Virus record (IMG/VR): IMGVR_UViG_2671180674_000012
Location: 1 to 22,748 of that record
Origin: a virus
Taxonomy: Duplodnaviria > Heunggongvirae > Uroviricota > Caudoviricetes
DNA: 22,748 bases
Strand: one strand, 5' to 3'
Each line of letters begins with the position of its first letter. Position 1 is the first letter of the stretch. This document shows, piece by piece, positions 1 to 8,312 of this stretch. Position numbers and translations under genes: made by a program. The notes beneath the pieces were generated by a model. That model made no database searches, was not told where the DNA came from, and saw only the letters and a list, made by a program, of their open reading frames with translations.

Positions 1-1020
1 TTACTTACTGACCACAAGAGGTAGATCCAGTGTTGGCGTGATTTTTGTTTTGCGATCATAAATCAACACCTGATTTTCTGTTTTGTGCCCACTGAAAATT
101 TGTTTGTCGCGGCTGCTGCCTTCGTAATCTGAAATCCCTTTGGCTTTTATGTCATGGAAGTTGCACCCAAACGGAACGTCGGCTTTTTGCTCGGCTGCAC
201 GTTTAGCCTGATTCCACCAGTTGTTCAGCGTTTTAGCTATGACCTTCCCGCCTTTGGTTGTGTTGATCACATACTCGCATGTGCCGGAAGATACATTTCG
301 GGCTAATTGGATCACTGTGCGTAATCGCGGAGACCATTCCTTGATTTGTTTAGTGCCGGTCTTGTTTTGCTCAATGTAAATCCCTTTATCCATAATATCC
401 TGCCATTTCAGCTCGAGTACATCACCGAGCCTTGCCGCACAAAGATAGGATATCTCCATTGCAATACGTAACTGTGGAATTGCTTCCGCATATATCGCAG
501 CATACTGTTCATCGGTGATGTAAACAGTACGGGCTTTAAGCGTGAATTTTCTGACTCCTTTGCATGGATTATTTTTCACATACCCACGCTCATACCCCCA
601 TCCATATACGCGACTCAGACTTGCCAGTTCATGATTTGCCTGGGTCTTGCTCTCAAGCCCCCGTTTATCCATGAAAATTCTTACCTGCTCAATTTTTACA
701 TTATCAGCAAGCACTTTTCCGAATACCGCCAGCAACGCCCTTTGATGTTGTCGATAATCTTTTTGAGTTCGGGGTGCCAATTCTGTAAATGCAGGGGAGT
801 CCATAAACATGTGCCATAATTTAGCGACGGTCATTATGTCGTGGAGTTTTGCCTTTTCCAGTTCATAATTTTGCCAGACTTTAGCCACGCTGGTTTCCCG
901 CACCCTTCCGAGCCTTATCGTTCTCGTGCTTCCTTTGGGTTTCCATACGTAACTGTAACCATTCGATCTAACCCGTGGTGGCAGTACATTATCTTTTTTG
1001 TTTATTCTTGGTCTTCCCAT
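1..1020 (-). CDS. int: Tyrosine recombinase, phage integrase
   Basis: 339-aa ORF; C-terminal SGHKTENQVLIYDRK resembles the His/catalytic-Tyr region of lambda-family Int; overlapped at its start by an xis-like ORF; RBS GAGG upstream of ATG at 1020. Confidence 0.85.
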   Translation of the reverse strand: MGRPRINKKDNVLPPRVRSNGYSYVWKPKGSTRTIRLGRVRETSVAKVWQNYELEKAKLHDIMTVAKLWHMFMDSPAFTELAPRTQKDYRQHQRALLAVFGKVLADNVKIEQVRIFMDKRGLESKTQANHELASLSRVYGWGYERGYVKNNPCKGVRKFTLKARTVYITDEQYAAIYAEAIPQLRIAMEISYLCAARLGDVLELKWQDIMDKGIYIEQNKTGTKQIKEWSPRLRTVIQLARNVSSGTCEYVINTTKGGKVIAKTLNNWWNQAKRAAEQKADVPFGCNFHDIKAKGISDYEGSSRDKQIFSGHKTENQVLIYDRKTKITPTLDLPLVVSK

Positions 1021-1240
1021 TATTTAGTGCCTCAAAATCAGGTTCGGCAGAAACCAGTTCAGATGCATCCGGTATCGATGTCAGCCCTAGCGGAACGTCC
1101 TTGCGAAGAACTATTGGTTCATTTTTAGGTCCGGTTACAAATGGAATTCCGTGCAGCCTTAACTGGTGTTGCTGTCTTGTGTATCGCTCGTATCTCGTGA
1201 TCTCTTGAATCTCTGCTGGCGATAGAGTTAATTCGTACAT
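989..1240 (-). CDS. xis: Putative excisionase / small DNA-binding recombination directionality factor
   Basis: 83-aa ORF directly upstream of int, overlapping its start by 32 nt, as xis-int pairs typically do. Assigned by position and size, not by clear sequence recognition. Confidence 0.5.
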   Translation of the reverse strand: MYELTLSPAEIQEITRYERYTRQQHQLRLHGIPFVTGPKNEPIVLRKDVPLGLTSIPDASELVSAEPDFEALNNGKTKNKQKR

Positions 1241-1306
1241 GTGGTCACGTGCCTTACAGCATGACCGCCGCCAATATAATTCGGAGACGGCGATCAGGGT
1301 TGAACA

Positions 1307-3628
1307 TTAAAAATCAACCTGACTCGGGATCAGTTTTTGCCAGATAGCTGAAACTTGTTTTGCCTGGTGGCGGGCATCATCCAGTGCATTATGGCGTACG
1401 CCTTCGAACGGAATAGCTGTTCTGGCATCGAAGTCTATGGCTTTTCCCAGATCAACGATTGTGCGCACATCGCGATCGTTGCAGTAACGCCACGGGCAGG
1501 GGATACCCTGCCGTTCATATGAACGGCGTAAAATCACGTTGTCGAAGCTGGCTCCATTTCCCCAGACCCGAACAAAAAATTCACCGGAGTTTTCGTCGAT
1601 AAATTCCCGCAATTGCAATAGTGCATCATCTAACGGAATTTGATTTACCAATATTGCAGATCTGGCCTCGCTGGACTGCGCCAGCCACCATTCGATTACG
1701 TCACCATCGGGAGTAGCACCTTTGTCCATTGCGTCAACCAGACTGATGACAACATAAAATATCGGTCCGATTTCCCCGGTCTGCGGATCGAAAAACACTG
1801 CAGCAATAACTACGATGGGCGCATTGCTGTTAATTCCCATCGTTTCAAGGTCGATCATCAGATGGTGCCATACCCTGCTGGTGGATGTGATAATGTGATG
1901 ACTGTTCACCGTAATTAAGGGATCTGCCGCCTCGCCCATCACCGCGCCACAATCAGGGCAGTTGCCGCCACCGCTCTGACCGCAGGCGGTGCAGACTTTT
2001 TCCGGTTCTTGTTGCTCTTCTGGTTCAGGCTGTTTCGTTTCTGGCTCGTTTTGTAACGTATTTGGGCTGTTCTGTTCCGCTTTCTGGTCGTTTTGTTCCG
2101 ATTCGGGCAGGTTCTGGTTCACAGAATCGCGGGTTTCAATCCCCTTAACCCATTTCGGATCATTCGGGTCGCTAATTCCGTCAACGAACTCACCGCGATG
2201 GACTGCCAGTATTTTGTCGGCATCAGGCTGGTTGATATTGGTTGCCTGCATAATTTTGTTTACTTCGTCAGCGGTAACTTTTACCTGTTTAACTGGATCT
2301 ACCTGTTCCTGAGTATCCAGCGATTGCGTGTCCTGGTGATGTTCAGTTGTATCCGGCTCCATTGCTTCGGCCGTTGCCTGTTCATCTGCCATTGCGTCAG
2401 ACGGTTGTGATTTTTCCTCATTATTTTTTTCTTCTTCTGTTTCGCGTTCAGCAGCCAGTTCGCGGTTAACTTCTTCCAGGATATCTTTTTCCGGTGTATG
2501 TCGTGCAGCAGCGAGAGTTTCCTCGGTAGGGTTCTCGTGATCAGTCTCCGTTAAATAGGCGTTGATATACCCCTGAAGGCGTCCCGGGTAATGATAAAAC
2601 TCAGGGTGTGCGCTCCGGATAAGTGCAAAAATAGCGGCGCGGGAATAATCCAGGATACCCGGGATTGCGCGAAGTGCTGCGGACCATTCTTTGAACGGAC
2701 TTTCTTTCTTCTGGACGACTTCTTTTGCGCGACGATAAACGCTGCCCGGAATTTCATAAATATTAAAATCCATCGGAAGTGTGGCCGCTGCAATCTCCAC
2801 ATCCAGCGTATCGAAGGTGTGTACTAAATTCGGATTGCGATCGGTTTTGTTCCCGCCACCGGCATTTGCACCGGAAGCCGTACGGGTGATACGCGAAACA
2901 CGATTTCCTTTCATCCACTCTTTTGTCAGCAGACCGCGATCGGTGTAGTCGGCGTCCAGGTATGCTTCGATAAAAGAAGTTATCAGTCCCAGGTCCGAAT
3001 TTACGGGGGCGGGGAAAACTTTGTCAGTGTCTCGCACCAGTTTGTGGAGATCGCGAATCTCCAGCGGTTCGAGTTGCGCTGCTTTATTTGAGATAGCCAG
3101 CGCGGTAACGGCGGGAAGTTTTTCATCCTGTGCGTTATGTAATGCGCGCAGTTCGTCCCGCGAAACGTGTGTGATCGGTTTTTCGCTGCCGTGCTGTGCC
3201 AGCCATCGAACAGGCAGAATCTGACCTGAAACCGGCAGGAGCATGTTCTCCTCAATCTCAGTCATGTCTTCGCTGTTGACGTTGGTATTGTCAGTGTTGG
3301 CTGGTTTGTCCTGCGCAGAGGGTGAGGGCGCGATAAATACCATTGTGATGCCATCTTCCCCGCCTTTTTCGTAACGGTTACAGAATTCAGTATCAAACAC
3401 GCCTTCAGGTGGAAGGTCATTCACAACGGGTAAATGGACGCGGACGGGTTTTTTAAAGTCGTCTTCATCATAATCGTTGTCATCCATTGCGGTAATGCAG
3501 CGGGAGATGGCAACAGATAATTTTTTTGCTGTAGTCCAGTAAAAACCACCTTTAATTCCAAGGCGTTTTCTGACTTTGTCATTTTTTGCTTCACAATATA
3601 ATGCAAATTCTTCTTTATCAGTGCTCAT
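1307..3628 (-). CDS. Large multi-domain exonuclease: acidic low-complexity linker, CxxC...CxxC zinc ribbon, C-terminal DEDDh-type 3'-5' exonuclease domain
   Basis: 773-aa ORF with GAGGT RBS. C-terminus carries DEDDh motifs (MIDLET, WGNGASFD, HNALDDARH). Middle region has CTACGQSGGGNCPDCG and a long E/Q/P/D-rich segment. Confidence 0.7.
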   Translation of the reverse strand: MSTDKEEFALYCEAKNDKVRKRLGIKGGFYWTTAKKLSVAISRCITAMDDNDYDEDDFKKPVRVHLPVVNDLPPEGVFDTEFCNRYEKGGEDGITMVFIAPSPSAQDKPANTDNTNVNSEDMTEIEENMLLPVSGQILPVRWLAQHGSEKPITHVSRDELRALHNAQDEKLPAVTALAISNKAAQLEPLEIRDLHKLVRDTDKVFPAPVNSDLGLITSFIEAYLDADYTDRGLLTKEWMKGNRVSRITRTASGANAGGGNKTDRNPNLVHTFDTLDVEIAAATLPMDFNIYEIPGSVYRRAKEVVQKKESPFKEWSAALRAIPGILDYSRAAIFALIRSAHPEFYHYPGRLQGYINAYLTETDHENPTEETLAAARHTPEKDILEEVNRELAAERETEEEKNNEEKSQPSDAMADEQATAEAMEPDTTEHHQDTQSLDTQEQVDPVKQVKVTADEVNKIMQATNINQPDADKILAVHRGEFVDGISDPNDPKWVKGIETRDSVNQNLPESEQNDQKAEQNSPNTLQNEPETKQPEPEEQQEPEKVCTACGQSGGGNCPDCGAVMGEAADPLITVNSHHIITSTSRVWHHLMIDLETMGINSNAPIVVIAAVFFDPQTGEIGPIFYVVISLVDAMDKGATPDGDVIEWWLAQSSEARSAILVNQIPLDDALLQLREFIDENSGEFFVRVWGNGASFDNVILRRSYERQGIPCPWRYCNDRDVRTIVDLGKAIDFDARTAIPFEGVRHNALDDARHQAKQVSAIWQKLIPSQVDF

Positions 3629-3705
3629 TGATAAACCTCATTACAGATTTAAGGGTGAACAAATCCCTGTCATTGCTGACATATAAAAATGAAACCGAAT
3701 ATCAA

Positions 3706-3909
3706 TTACGGCGCTGTTTTAAGTCCTGCCGGGATTTCGTTATTATCCTGGTGAATAACTTTATCGACCGGATAACAGTTACCGGGAATTTTCTGTTCAT
3801 CTGCGGCAGCCATGCATTCTTTCATTGAGCTGTATACGCCAATAACCATGTCAACTGGTTCACCGGAAACAAGAAAAACCGTCAGAACAAGTGCAAATGT
3901 GGTATTCAT
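3706..3909 (-). CDS. Small hypothetical protein with hydrophobic N-terminus (possible signal/TM segment)
   Basis: ATG at 3909 overlaps the upstream gene's TGA (ATGA coupling); product begins MNTTFALVLTVFLVSG. The ORF-track start at 3963 would overlap the upstream gene. Confidence 0.4.
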   Translation of the reverse strand: MNTTFALVLTVFLVSGEPVDMVIGVYSSMKECMAAADEQKIPGNCYPVDKVIHQDNNEIPAGLKTAP

Positions 3910-4094
3910 TGCCAGCATCCTTTTTGCGTCGGGCGTAAACGGGCCAGCATTGAAGCAATGCATATCTCATTTGATGAATCTGGCTCATGCTTTATCTGAT
4001 TAATGGCATCCTCAATAAAGTTTTTATCGCCAGTGATAACGCCAATTTCAAAACGAGTCTCAGGCGTAGTGGAATTGAGTAATAACGTTTCCAT
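3906..4094 (-). CDS. Small hypothetical early-left protein (62 aa)
   Basis: Internal ATG at 4094 is preceded by GAGGA at good spacing; the longer ORF-track version (to 4229) has no RBS. Confidence 0.4.
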   Translation of the reverse strand: METLLLNSTTPETRFEIGVITGDKNFIEDAINQIKHEPDSSNEICIASMLARLRPTQKGCWQ

Positions 4095-4584
4095 TATCGC
4101 GTCCTCAACAATGAATTTTGTGATGCGGTGCCTGGTGCCTCCAGGTGACGTTAACCAGTTAACAATTAACGCCGGAATACAGGGACCCGCCTGCAAGTAC
4201 CTACCCATAAGTATTGATACGGAGAACAAATGGTCTTTTAACTGTTCCGCGTGCGCTTAGCCGCATTCACCACATCACAAAATTCACTTTAAAAAGGGCG
4301 GACATCAGCCAGCAATTAAACTGATGCCGCCAAAGGTCAATACTCAACATGGAGTGTTGTAGCGGGGTTGTCACTTAAGCGTATGGTCAACCTGCCAACC
4401 CGGTGCCACAATGGGGTAAGGATAACCCCGCCATACTTACCGCCGCGCCATTTCGCGGATTGCCACAACCGGAAGCGCACGGTCGAAGAAATCTAACGAC
4501 AAGACTTCTAAGGAAAAGAAACCTTCGCCGTGCGCTTTCGTGTTGTGTGCCTGCTTTTAACCACATCAGGCGAGGTGGTTCCTG

Positions 4585-4615
4585 TTGTTCCCCAACAACA
4601 AGAAATTTGTATAAT
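4585..4615 (+). promoter_or_regulatory. Putative sigma70 promoter for the antisense moron (TTGTTC -35, consensus TATAAT -10 at 4610-4615)
   Basis: Perfect TATAAT about 28 nt upstream of the ATG at 4643; -35-like hexamer with a 19-nt spacer (slightly long). Confidence 0.35.
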
Positions 4616-4642
4616 CCGGATACCCCAACAACACAGAGAAGA

Positions 4643-5161
4643 ATGCTATCTGGAATAACTTCATCAATAACGGCAATTAAAGTCTCGATTGATTTATTAC
4701 AGGTAATACTTGATGCAAAAAGCCAATCTGAACGTGAAAAGGCTGTCTACGAAATGCGTCGCCAACTGGCAGACTTACAAATACAGAACGCAGAGCTAGC
4801 GAAAACGCTCGCGCTTCAGTACGAGGAAATACTCTTGCTTAAGCAAAAATGTCATGAAATTGACGAGCGTAATCGAAAACTTGAATGCTATACGATACAC
4901 AAAACTGGTTTTGGGCATTTTGTCTATGCTTTCAGGAACAGCCTCGACGAAGAAGACACATGTTTTCACTATGCCTGTCCCAATTGCTATCAGCATGGTG
5001 TAATAGCAATACTTCAACCTGTTAAAATTGGTGAGCATGATAAGTTCCATATTTCTAAATGCCTGAAATGTGATTCGCGCTTTAAATTTGAACGCAATGA
5101 TGACTATATACCGCCCCCATCTGAAGAAGAGATAGGTAGAGCATTGAGCAGCAATCCGTAG
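4643..5161 (+). CDS. Hypothetical protein, predicted coiled-coil N-terminus and C-terminal CxxC...CxxC zinc-ribbon-like domain; moron antisense to the early-left operon
   Basis: 172-aa ORF from ATG 4643; the Arg-rich N-terminal extension in the ORF track (from 4403) looks non-coding. CPNCYQHG and CLKCDSRF motifs; lower GC than flanks; own promoter-like element. Confidence 0.55.
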   Translation: MLSGITSSITAIKVSIDLLQVILDAKSQSEREKAVYEMRRQLADLQIQNAELAKTLALQYEEILLLKQKCHEIDERNRKLECYTIHKTGFGHFVYAFRNSLDEEDTCFHYACPNCYQHGVIAILQPVKIGEHDKFHISKCLKCDSRFKFERNDDYIPPPSEEEIGRALSSNP

Positions 5162-5323
5162 GTTATTGCTGTTGTGGATATCCAGATTGTTAAAGAGCAT
5201 GCCGGAAGGTTATCCGTGTCCGGCGCACGACCACACGTAGCAGCGTGTTGGTCTCCATTTTTAATTCACCCCTTAATGGAGGATAAAATAATCGTGGTGC
5301 TGGTCGGCTCGGTCCCGCAGGTG

Positions 5324-5959
5324 TTACCCTTTAAACCAGTCAATCCAGAGCGGATAGTGTTCAGCATAAATATAGCTATACACATCCAGGTTGTATTTGC
5401 GGTCTGTCCTTAGCAGGTCGCAAATACAGGCCGCAGCTTCCAGGGCAGCAGCTTTGTTGCTGAATAACCATGTAGCAACATTCCGGCGATTATCTGTATC
5501 CCACTCTTTTGTGAGGGCTGACACCACGAAGGAGCCGTTGGTGTTGCCATCAAATACTTCCGTTTCCAGATTTTTAAGTAATGCCTGGTGAATTTTTGCC
5601 AGGTATTCAGTCGGAATTTCGCCACGAATTCGGATAAGTTTGTCATAAACAAACATGTTCCCCGCATATGGCGATTTTTCTTTCTTTTGTTCACTGGCAG
5701 GCTGGTCAATTTCGTCTTCGGTTGGTTTCGTATTGATGTTTTGCACTGTCGTTTCTGCAATTTTCTTTGCCACACTCTCTGAGTCGTGTTTATTTACAGG
5801 CGCACAGGAATACAGTCCGACAAACGCATCTCGCACATTTCGAGCCATATTATCAGTGTCTTTTTTCGTTACCGATTCCAATGCAAGTTCGTTCAGACGT
5901 TGACGTAGTGTGTGTACTGCAATCTCCTGGATTGATAGCGATAAATCTTTAAATTCCAT
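5324..5959 (-). CDS. Hypothetical early-left protein (211 aa)
   Basis: ATG at 5959 with GAGGT RBS, 11 nt downstream of the preceding gene's stop (operon arrangement). No family recognised. Confidence 0.55.
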   Translation of the reverse strand: MEFKDLSLSIQEIAVHTLRQRLNELALESVTKKDTDNMARNVRDAFVGLYSCAPVNKHDSESVAKKIAETTVQNINTKPTEDEIDQPASEQKKEKSPYAGNMFVYDKLIRIRGEIPTEYLAKIHQALLKNLETEVFDGNTNGSFVVSALTKEWDTDNRRNVATWLFSNKAAALEAAACICDLLRTDRKYNLDVYSYIYAEHYPLWIDWFKG

Positions 5960-5970
5960 CGTTAACCTCA

Positions 5971-6123
5971 TCAGTCAGTATTTCTGGCTAACCAGCGACG
6001 CGCGCCAGCTTCGGTTTTAAACGTTTTGCTTTTTGTATACGTCATCGCGGTGAACGTGCCGTCCTGGTTTGGGAACACGCCGTATACCAGAGATTCGTTG
6101 TTGCCAAGATCGATAGTATCCAT
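5971..6123 (-). CDS. Small hypothetical protein (50 aa), first gene of the early-left operon
   Basis: ATG at 6123 with GAGGT RBS, immediately downstream of the pL-like promoter; product MDTIDLGNNESLVYGVFPNQDGTFTAMTYTKSK... Confidence 0.4.
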   Translation of the reverse strand: MDTIDLGNNESLVYGVFPNQDGTFTAMTYTKSKTFKTEAGARRWLARNTD

Positions 6124-6196
6124 GTTGACCTCATATCCCCTTAACGCCGGGGTAGCGGAACTAAGACCTGTCGCACCGTTGTGCTTTGATGACCGA

Positions 6197-6224
6197 ATAA
6201 TACTACTTGAAGTAGACGTGTCAA
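6197..6224 (-). promoter_or_regulatory. pL-like early-left promoter with embedded operator palindrome
   Basis: On the minus strand: TTGACA (6224-6219), 16-nt spacer, TATTAT (6202-6197). The spacer contains the 13-bp palindrome CTACTTGAAGTAG (6203-6215); an additional AAGTAG half-site lies at 6231-6236. Confidence 0.5.
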
Positions 6225-6277
6225 CACTAAAAGTAGAGTGTGTTGTGTTTTTGTCTACATAAAATTGTTTTTTAAGG

Positions 6278-6303
6278 CAAAAAAAACCCGGCAATACCGG
6301 GGG
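6278..6303 (-). terminator. Rho-independent terminator downstream of the repressor gene
   Basis: Stem CCCGG/CCGGG with 5-nt loop; the 9-A run on plus (6278-6286) gives a U-tract after the hairpin on the minus strand. Confidence 0.55.
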
Positions 6304-6319
6304 TTGTTAACAGATAAAG

Positions 6320-6808
6320 TCACTCAGAAGGTGGTGGGGTGCTGGCGTATTTCTCGTAGAAATCGTAAAGTTTCTTGAGTCTCATCTCAAAAGCCAGAAG
6401 CATATTCCTGGCTTCAACTGGCGGAAACTCCCGAAACGTTCGTATCAGTCGCTTTTCATCTTCACTTAACTCAGTAAATTCGCCATTGCTATTGGCACCA
6501 GATCTTTGTGTTACAAATGAATCTTCTGCTGGTTCAATTCCTTTCTCTGTTAGCTGACCGTATTCCAGCCATGCAGGTTCAACTCCCAGAAATTCTGCTA
6601 TTCGTTCGAGTTTTTCGTCGCGGGGTTTAGCTGTACCTAGGGTGTAGCGCCGCGCCATTTCGTATGTGACGCCCGTAGATAAGCTTAAGTCTTTGATGGA
6701 TTTGTTTTTTCTATCCATTTCTGACTTAAGTCTTGTTGCGAATGCGTGATGTTTATGTGCGTTTTCTACCATATGTAGAAGATTAAAGCAGTTGCCTTGA
6801 TTCGTCAT
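6320..6808 (-). CDS. CI-like phage repressor, XRE-family HTH, no S24 peptidase domain
   Basis: HTH signature HAFATRLKSEMDRKNKSIKDLSLSTGVTYEMARRYTLG; divergent from the cro-like gene across an operator-rich gap. Start is ambiguous (ATG 6808 or 6772, or TTG 6829) and there is no SD, so possibly leaderless. Confidence 0.75.
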   Translation of the reverse strand: MTNQGNCFNLLHMVENAHKHHAFATRLKSEMDRKNKSIKDLSLSTGVTYEMARRYTLGTAKPRDEKLERIAEFLGVEPAWLEYGQLTEKGIEPAEDSFVTQRSGANSNGEFTELSEDEKRLIRTFREFPPVEARNMLLAFEMRLKKLYDFYEKYASTPPPSE

Positions 6809-6878
6809 TTCTATTTTGTGTAGTTGCAAATTCTACTTTATGTAGTATTATTCTCTCGTTCTTGAAATGGAGCTGACG
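6809..6878 (+). promoter_or_regulatory. Divergent immunity control region: pR-like promoter with operator
   Basis: TTGCAA (6824-6829), 16-nt spacer, TATTAT (6846-6851), with the imperfect palindrome CTACTTTATGTAG (6834-6846) in the spacer; same half-sites as the pL operator. Confidence 0.5.
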
Positions 6879-7163
6879 ATGAGCACTACATACAAAAACA
6901 TTACAGAAAAGGCAGTTATGGTTATTGGTTCTCCCTCTGCTGTAAGTCGCATGTTTGGTTTCAAATCGCCTCAATCCATTTTTAATTGGATTATCAGGAA
7001 CAGGGTTCCTAGTGAGAGGGTTATTAGGCTTTGTGAGCTTGGGGAATGGATTGTTACTCCGCATGATCTCCGGCCTGATTTACACCCTACTCCAGTTAGT
7101 GGGATTCCAGAAGAAGTTATCAGATCCAAAAAAATAGGGTTGATTCATGAAAATCAAGCATGA
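6879..7163 (+). CDS. Cro-like / YdaS-family HTH protein
   Basis: ATG 6879 with GGAG RBS. Motif SIFNWIIRNRVPSERVIRLCELGEWIVTPHDLRPD resembles YdaS-type Cro proteins (GxxQxVxQWxxxxRVPxER...ELRPD). Confidence 0.6.
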   Translation: MSTTYKNITEKAVMVIGSPSAVSRMFGFKSPQSIFNWIIRNRVPSERVIRLCELGEWIVTPHDLRPDLHPTPVSGIPEEVIRSKKIGLIHENQA

Positions 7164-7572
7164 ACACATCCGTATGGCGATGAATGCCTGGGCGCATCCG
7201 GACGGTGAAAAAGTTCCGGCAGCTGAAATAACCCAGGCTTATTTTGAGTTGGGGCTGACGTTTCCTGAACTGTACGACGACAGCCATCCGGAAGCCCTGG
7301 GCCGTAACACCCAGAAAATTTTCCGCTGGGTGAAGAAAGACACTCCTGATGCGGTTAAAAAAATTCAGGCGTTGTTACCAGCGATCGAAAAAGCAATGCC
7401 GCCTCCGCTGGTGGCCCGAATGCGCAGCCACAGTTCCGCTTATTTTCGGGAGTTGGTAGAGACGAAGGAACGGCTGGTGAAAGATATTGATGATTTCGTT
7501 GCATCAGCGATCGTTCTGTTCGATCAGATGAATCGTGGTGGCCCGGCAGGAAACACTCTGGCTGTGCATTAA
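7147..7572 (+). CDS. YdaT-like protein (CII-position regulator of Rac-type prophages)
   Basis: Begins MKIKHEHI, which I recall as the YdaT N-terminus; overlaps the cro-like gene's end; Rac-like order racR-ydaS-ydaT. Confidence 0.5.
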   Translation: MKIKHEHIRMAMNAWAHPDGEKVPAAEITQAYFELGLTFPELYDDSHPEALGRNTQKIFRWVKKDTPDAVKKIQALLPAIEKAMPPPLVARMRSHSSAYFRELVETKERLVKDIDDFVASAIVLFDQMNRGGPAGNTLAVH

Positions 7573-7585
7573 TTGGGTAATAAAT

Positions 7586-8095
7586 ATGAGTAATGACAAA
7601 AAATTGACACTGAGCGTTTACGAAAACAGTCCGCACATCTGGCGTGGCGGTTTATCTGATGTGGAGCTGGCAGAGTGGTTGATACATAAAGCTAATGCGC
7701 TGCTCTGGCGTTTGTCAGCCAGAGAGCAGCGCAAGGAAACCAGAATAAAGCTGGCTGATGCAGAAGCGTGTGCCGGGCTTATTGAGGATTATACAAATCT
7801 TGGTATTTCTTCAGCAGAGAGTGATCCCATTCAGCCTCTGAGCAGGGAGTCAATCCAGCACGCTGGTTGTATGGCACATCTTGTAACTGCTCGTCAACAT
7901 GAGGTGGGTATTGGATCACTTTCGGTGGGATATTCGCTGATTCCAGAGCTGGTTGAAGCAAGAAAATCAGTTCAGAAAAAGAGAGATGACGCACTTCAAT
8001 TATTGAGAGAGCACTATGGCGCGATACCAGAATGCGAACAGCGTCGATACCCTGAAGGTTATGAATGGATGCAGTCTCTTTTTGAAGTTCGCTAA
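7586..8095 (+). CDS. Hypothetical phage early protein (169 aa)
   Basis: ATG 13 nt after the upstream stop; an alternative GTG at 7535 would overlap the upstream gene. No family recognised. Confidence 0.5.
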   Translation: MSNDKKLTLSVYENSPHIWRGGLSDVELAEWLIHKANALLWRLSAREQRKETRIKLADAEACAGLIEDYTNLGISSAESDPIQPLSRESIQHAGCMAHLVTARQHEVGIGSLSVGYSLIPELVEARKSVQKKRDDALQLLREHYGAIPECEQRRYPEGYEWMQSLFEVR

Positions 8096-8312
8096 TCAAT
8101 ATGTCGAGACGAAGGTATGTTTCGGCGCGCAGCCAGGCTCTGTAATCCGGGAGCATTTCGGGGCTGTTACACCAGCGGTTTGTTGCTGCAACATTTAATA
8201 CATGAGCCTGATAAAGGCTTTTCAAAAAATACATGTCGAACCTCCTCTGGTTCTGTTGATTGGGAACCACAGATTATATCCGGAGGAAGGTTCGGCACCA
8301 GATGAGGTAGCC

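Noticed and set aside
1990-2470. Apparent tandem repetition (TTCTGG/GTTTTG units) inside the exonuclease gene
   Set aside because: This is the reverse strand of a low-complexity acidic E/Q/P-rich linker coding region, not an independent repeat element or CRISPR array.
4403-4642. N-terminal extension of the moron ORF back to 4403
   Set aside because: The extension is Arg/Cys-rich with no RBS and runs through the promoter-like element; ATG 4643 is the more plausible start.
4796-5200. 134-aa minus-strand ORF overlapping the antisense moron
   Set aside because: Phe/Ile/Leu-rich composition typical of an antisense read of AT-rich coding DNA; the plus-strand ORF has the promoter and a coherent product.
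7779-8270. 163-aa minus-strand ORF antisense to the plus-strand early genes
   Set aside because: No RBS, lies entirely antisense to tightly coupled plus-strand genes; typical shadow ORF.
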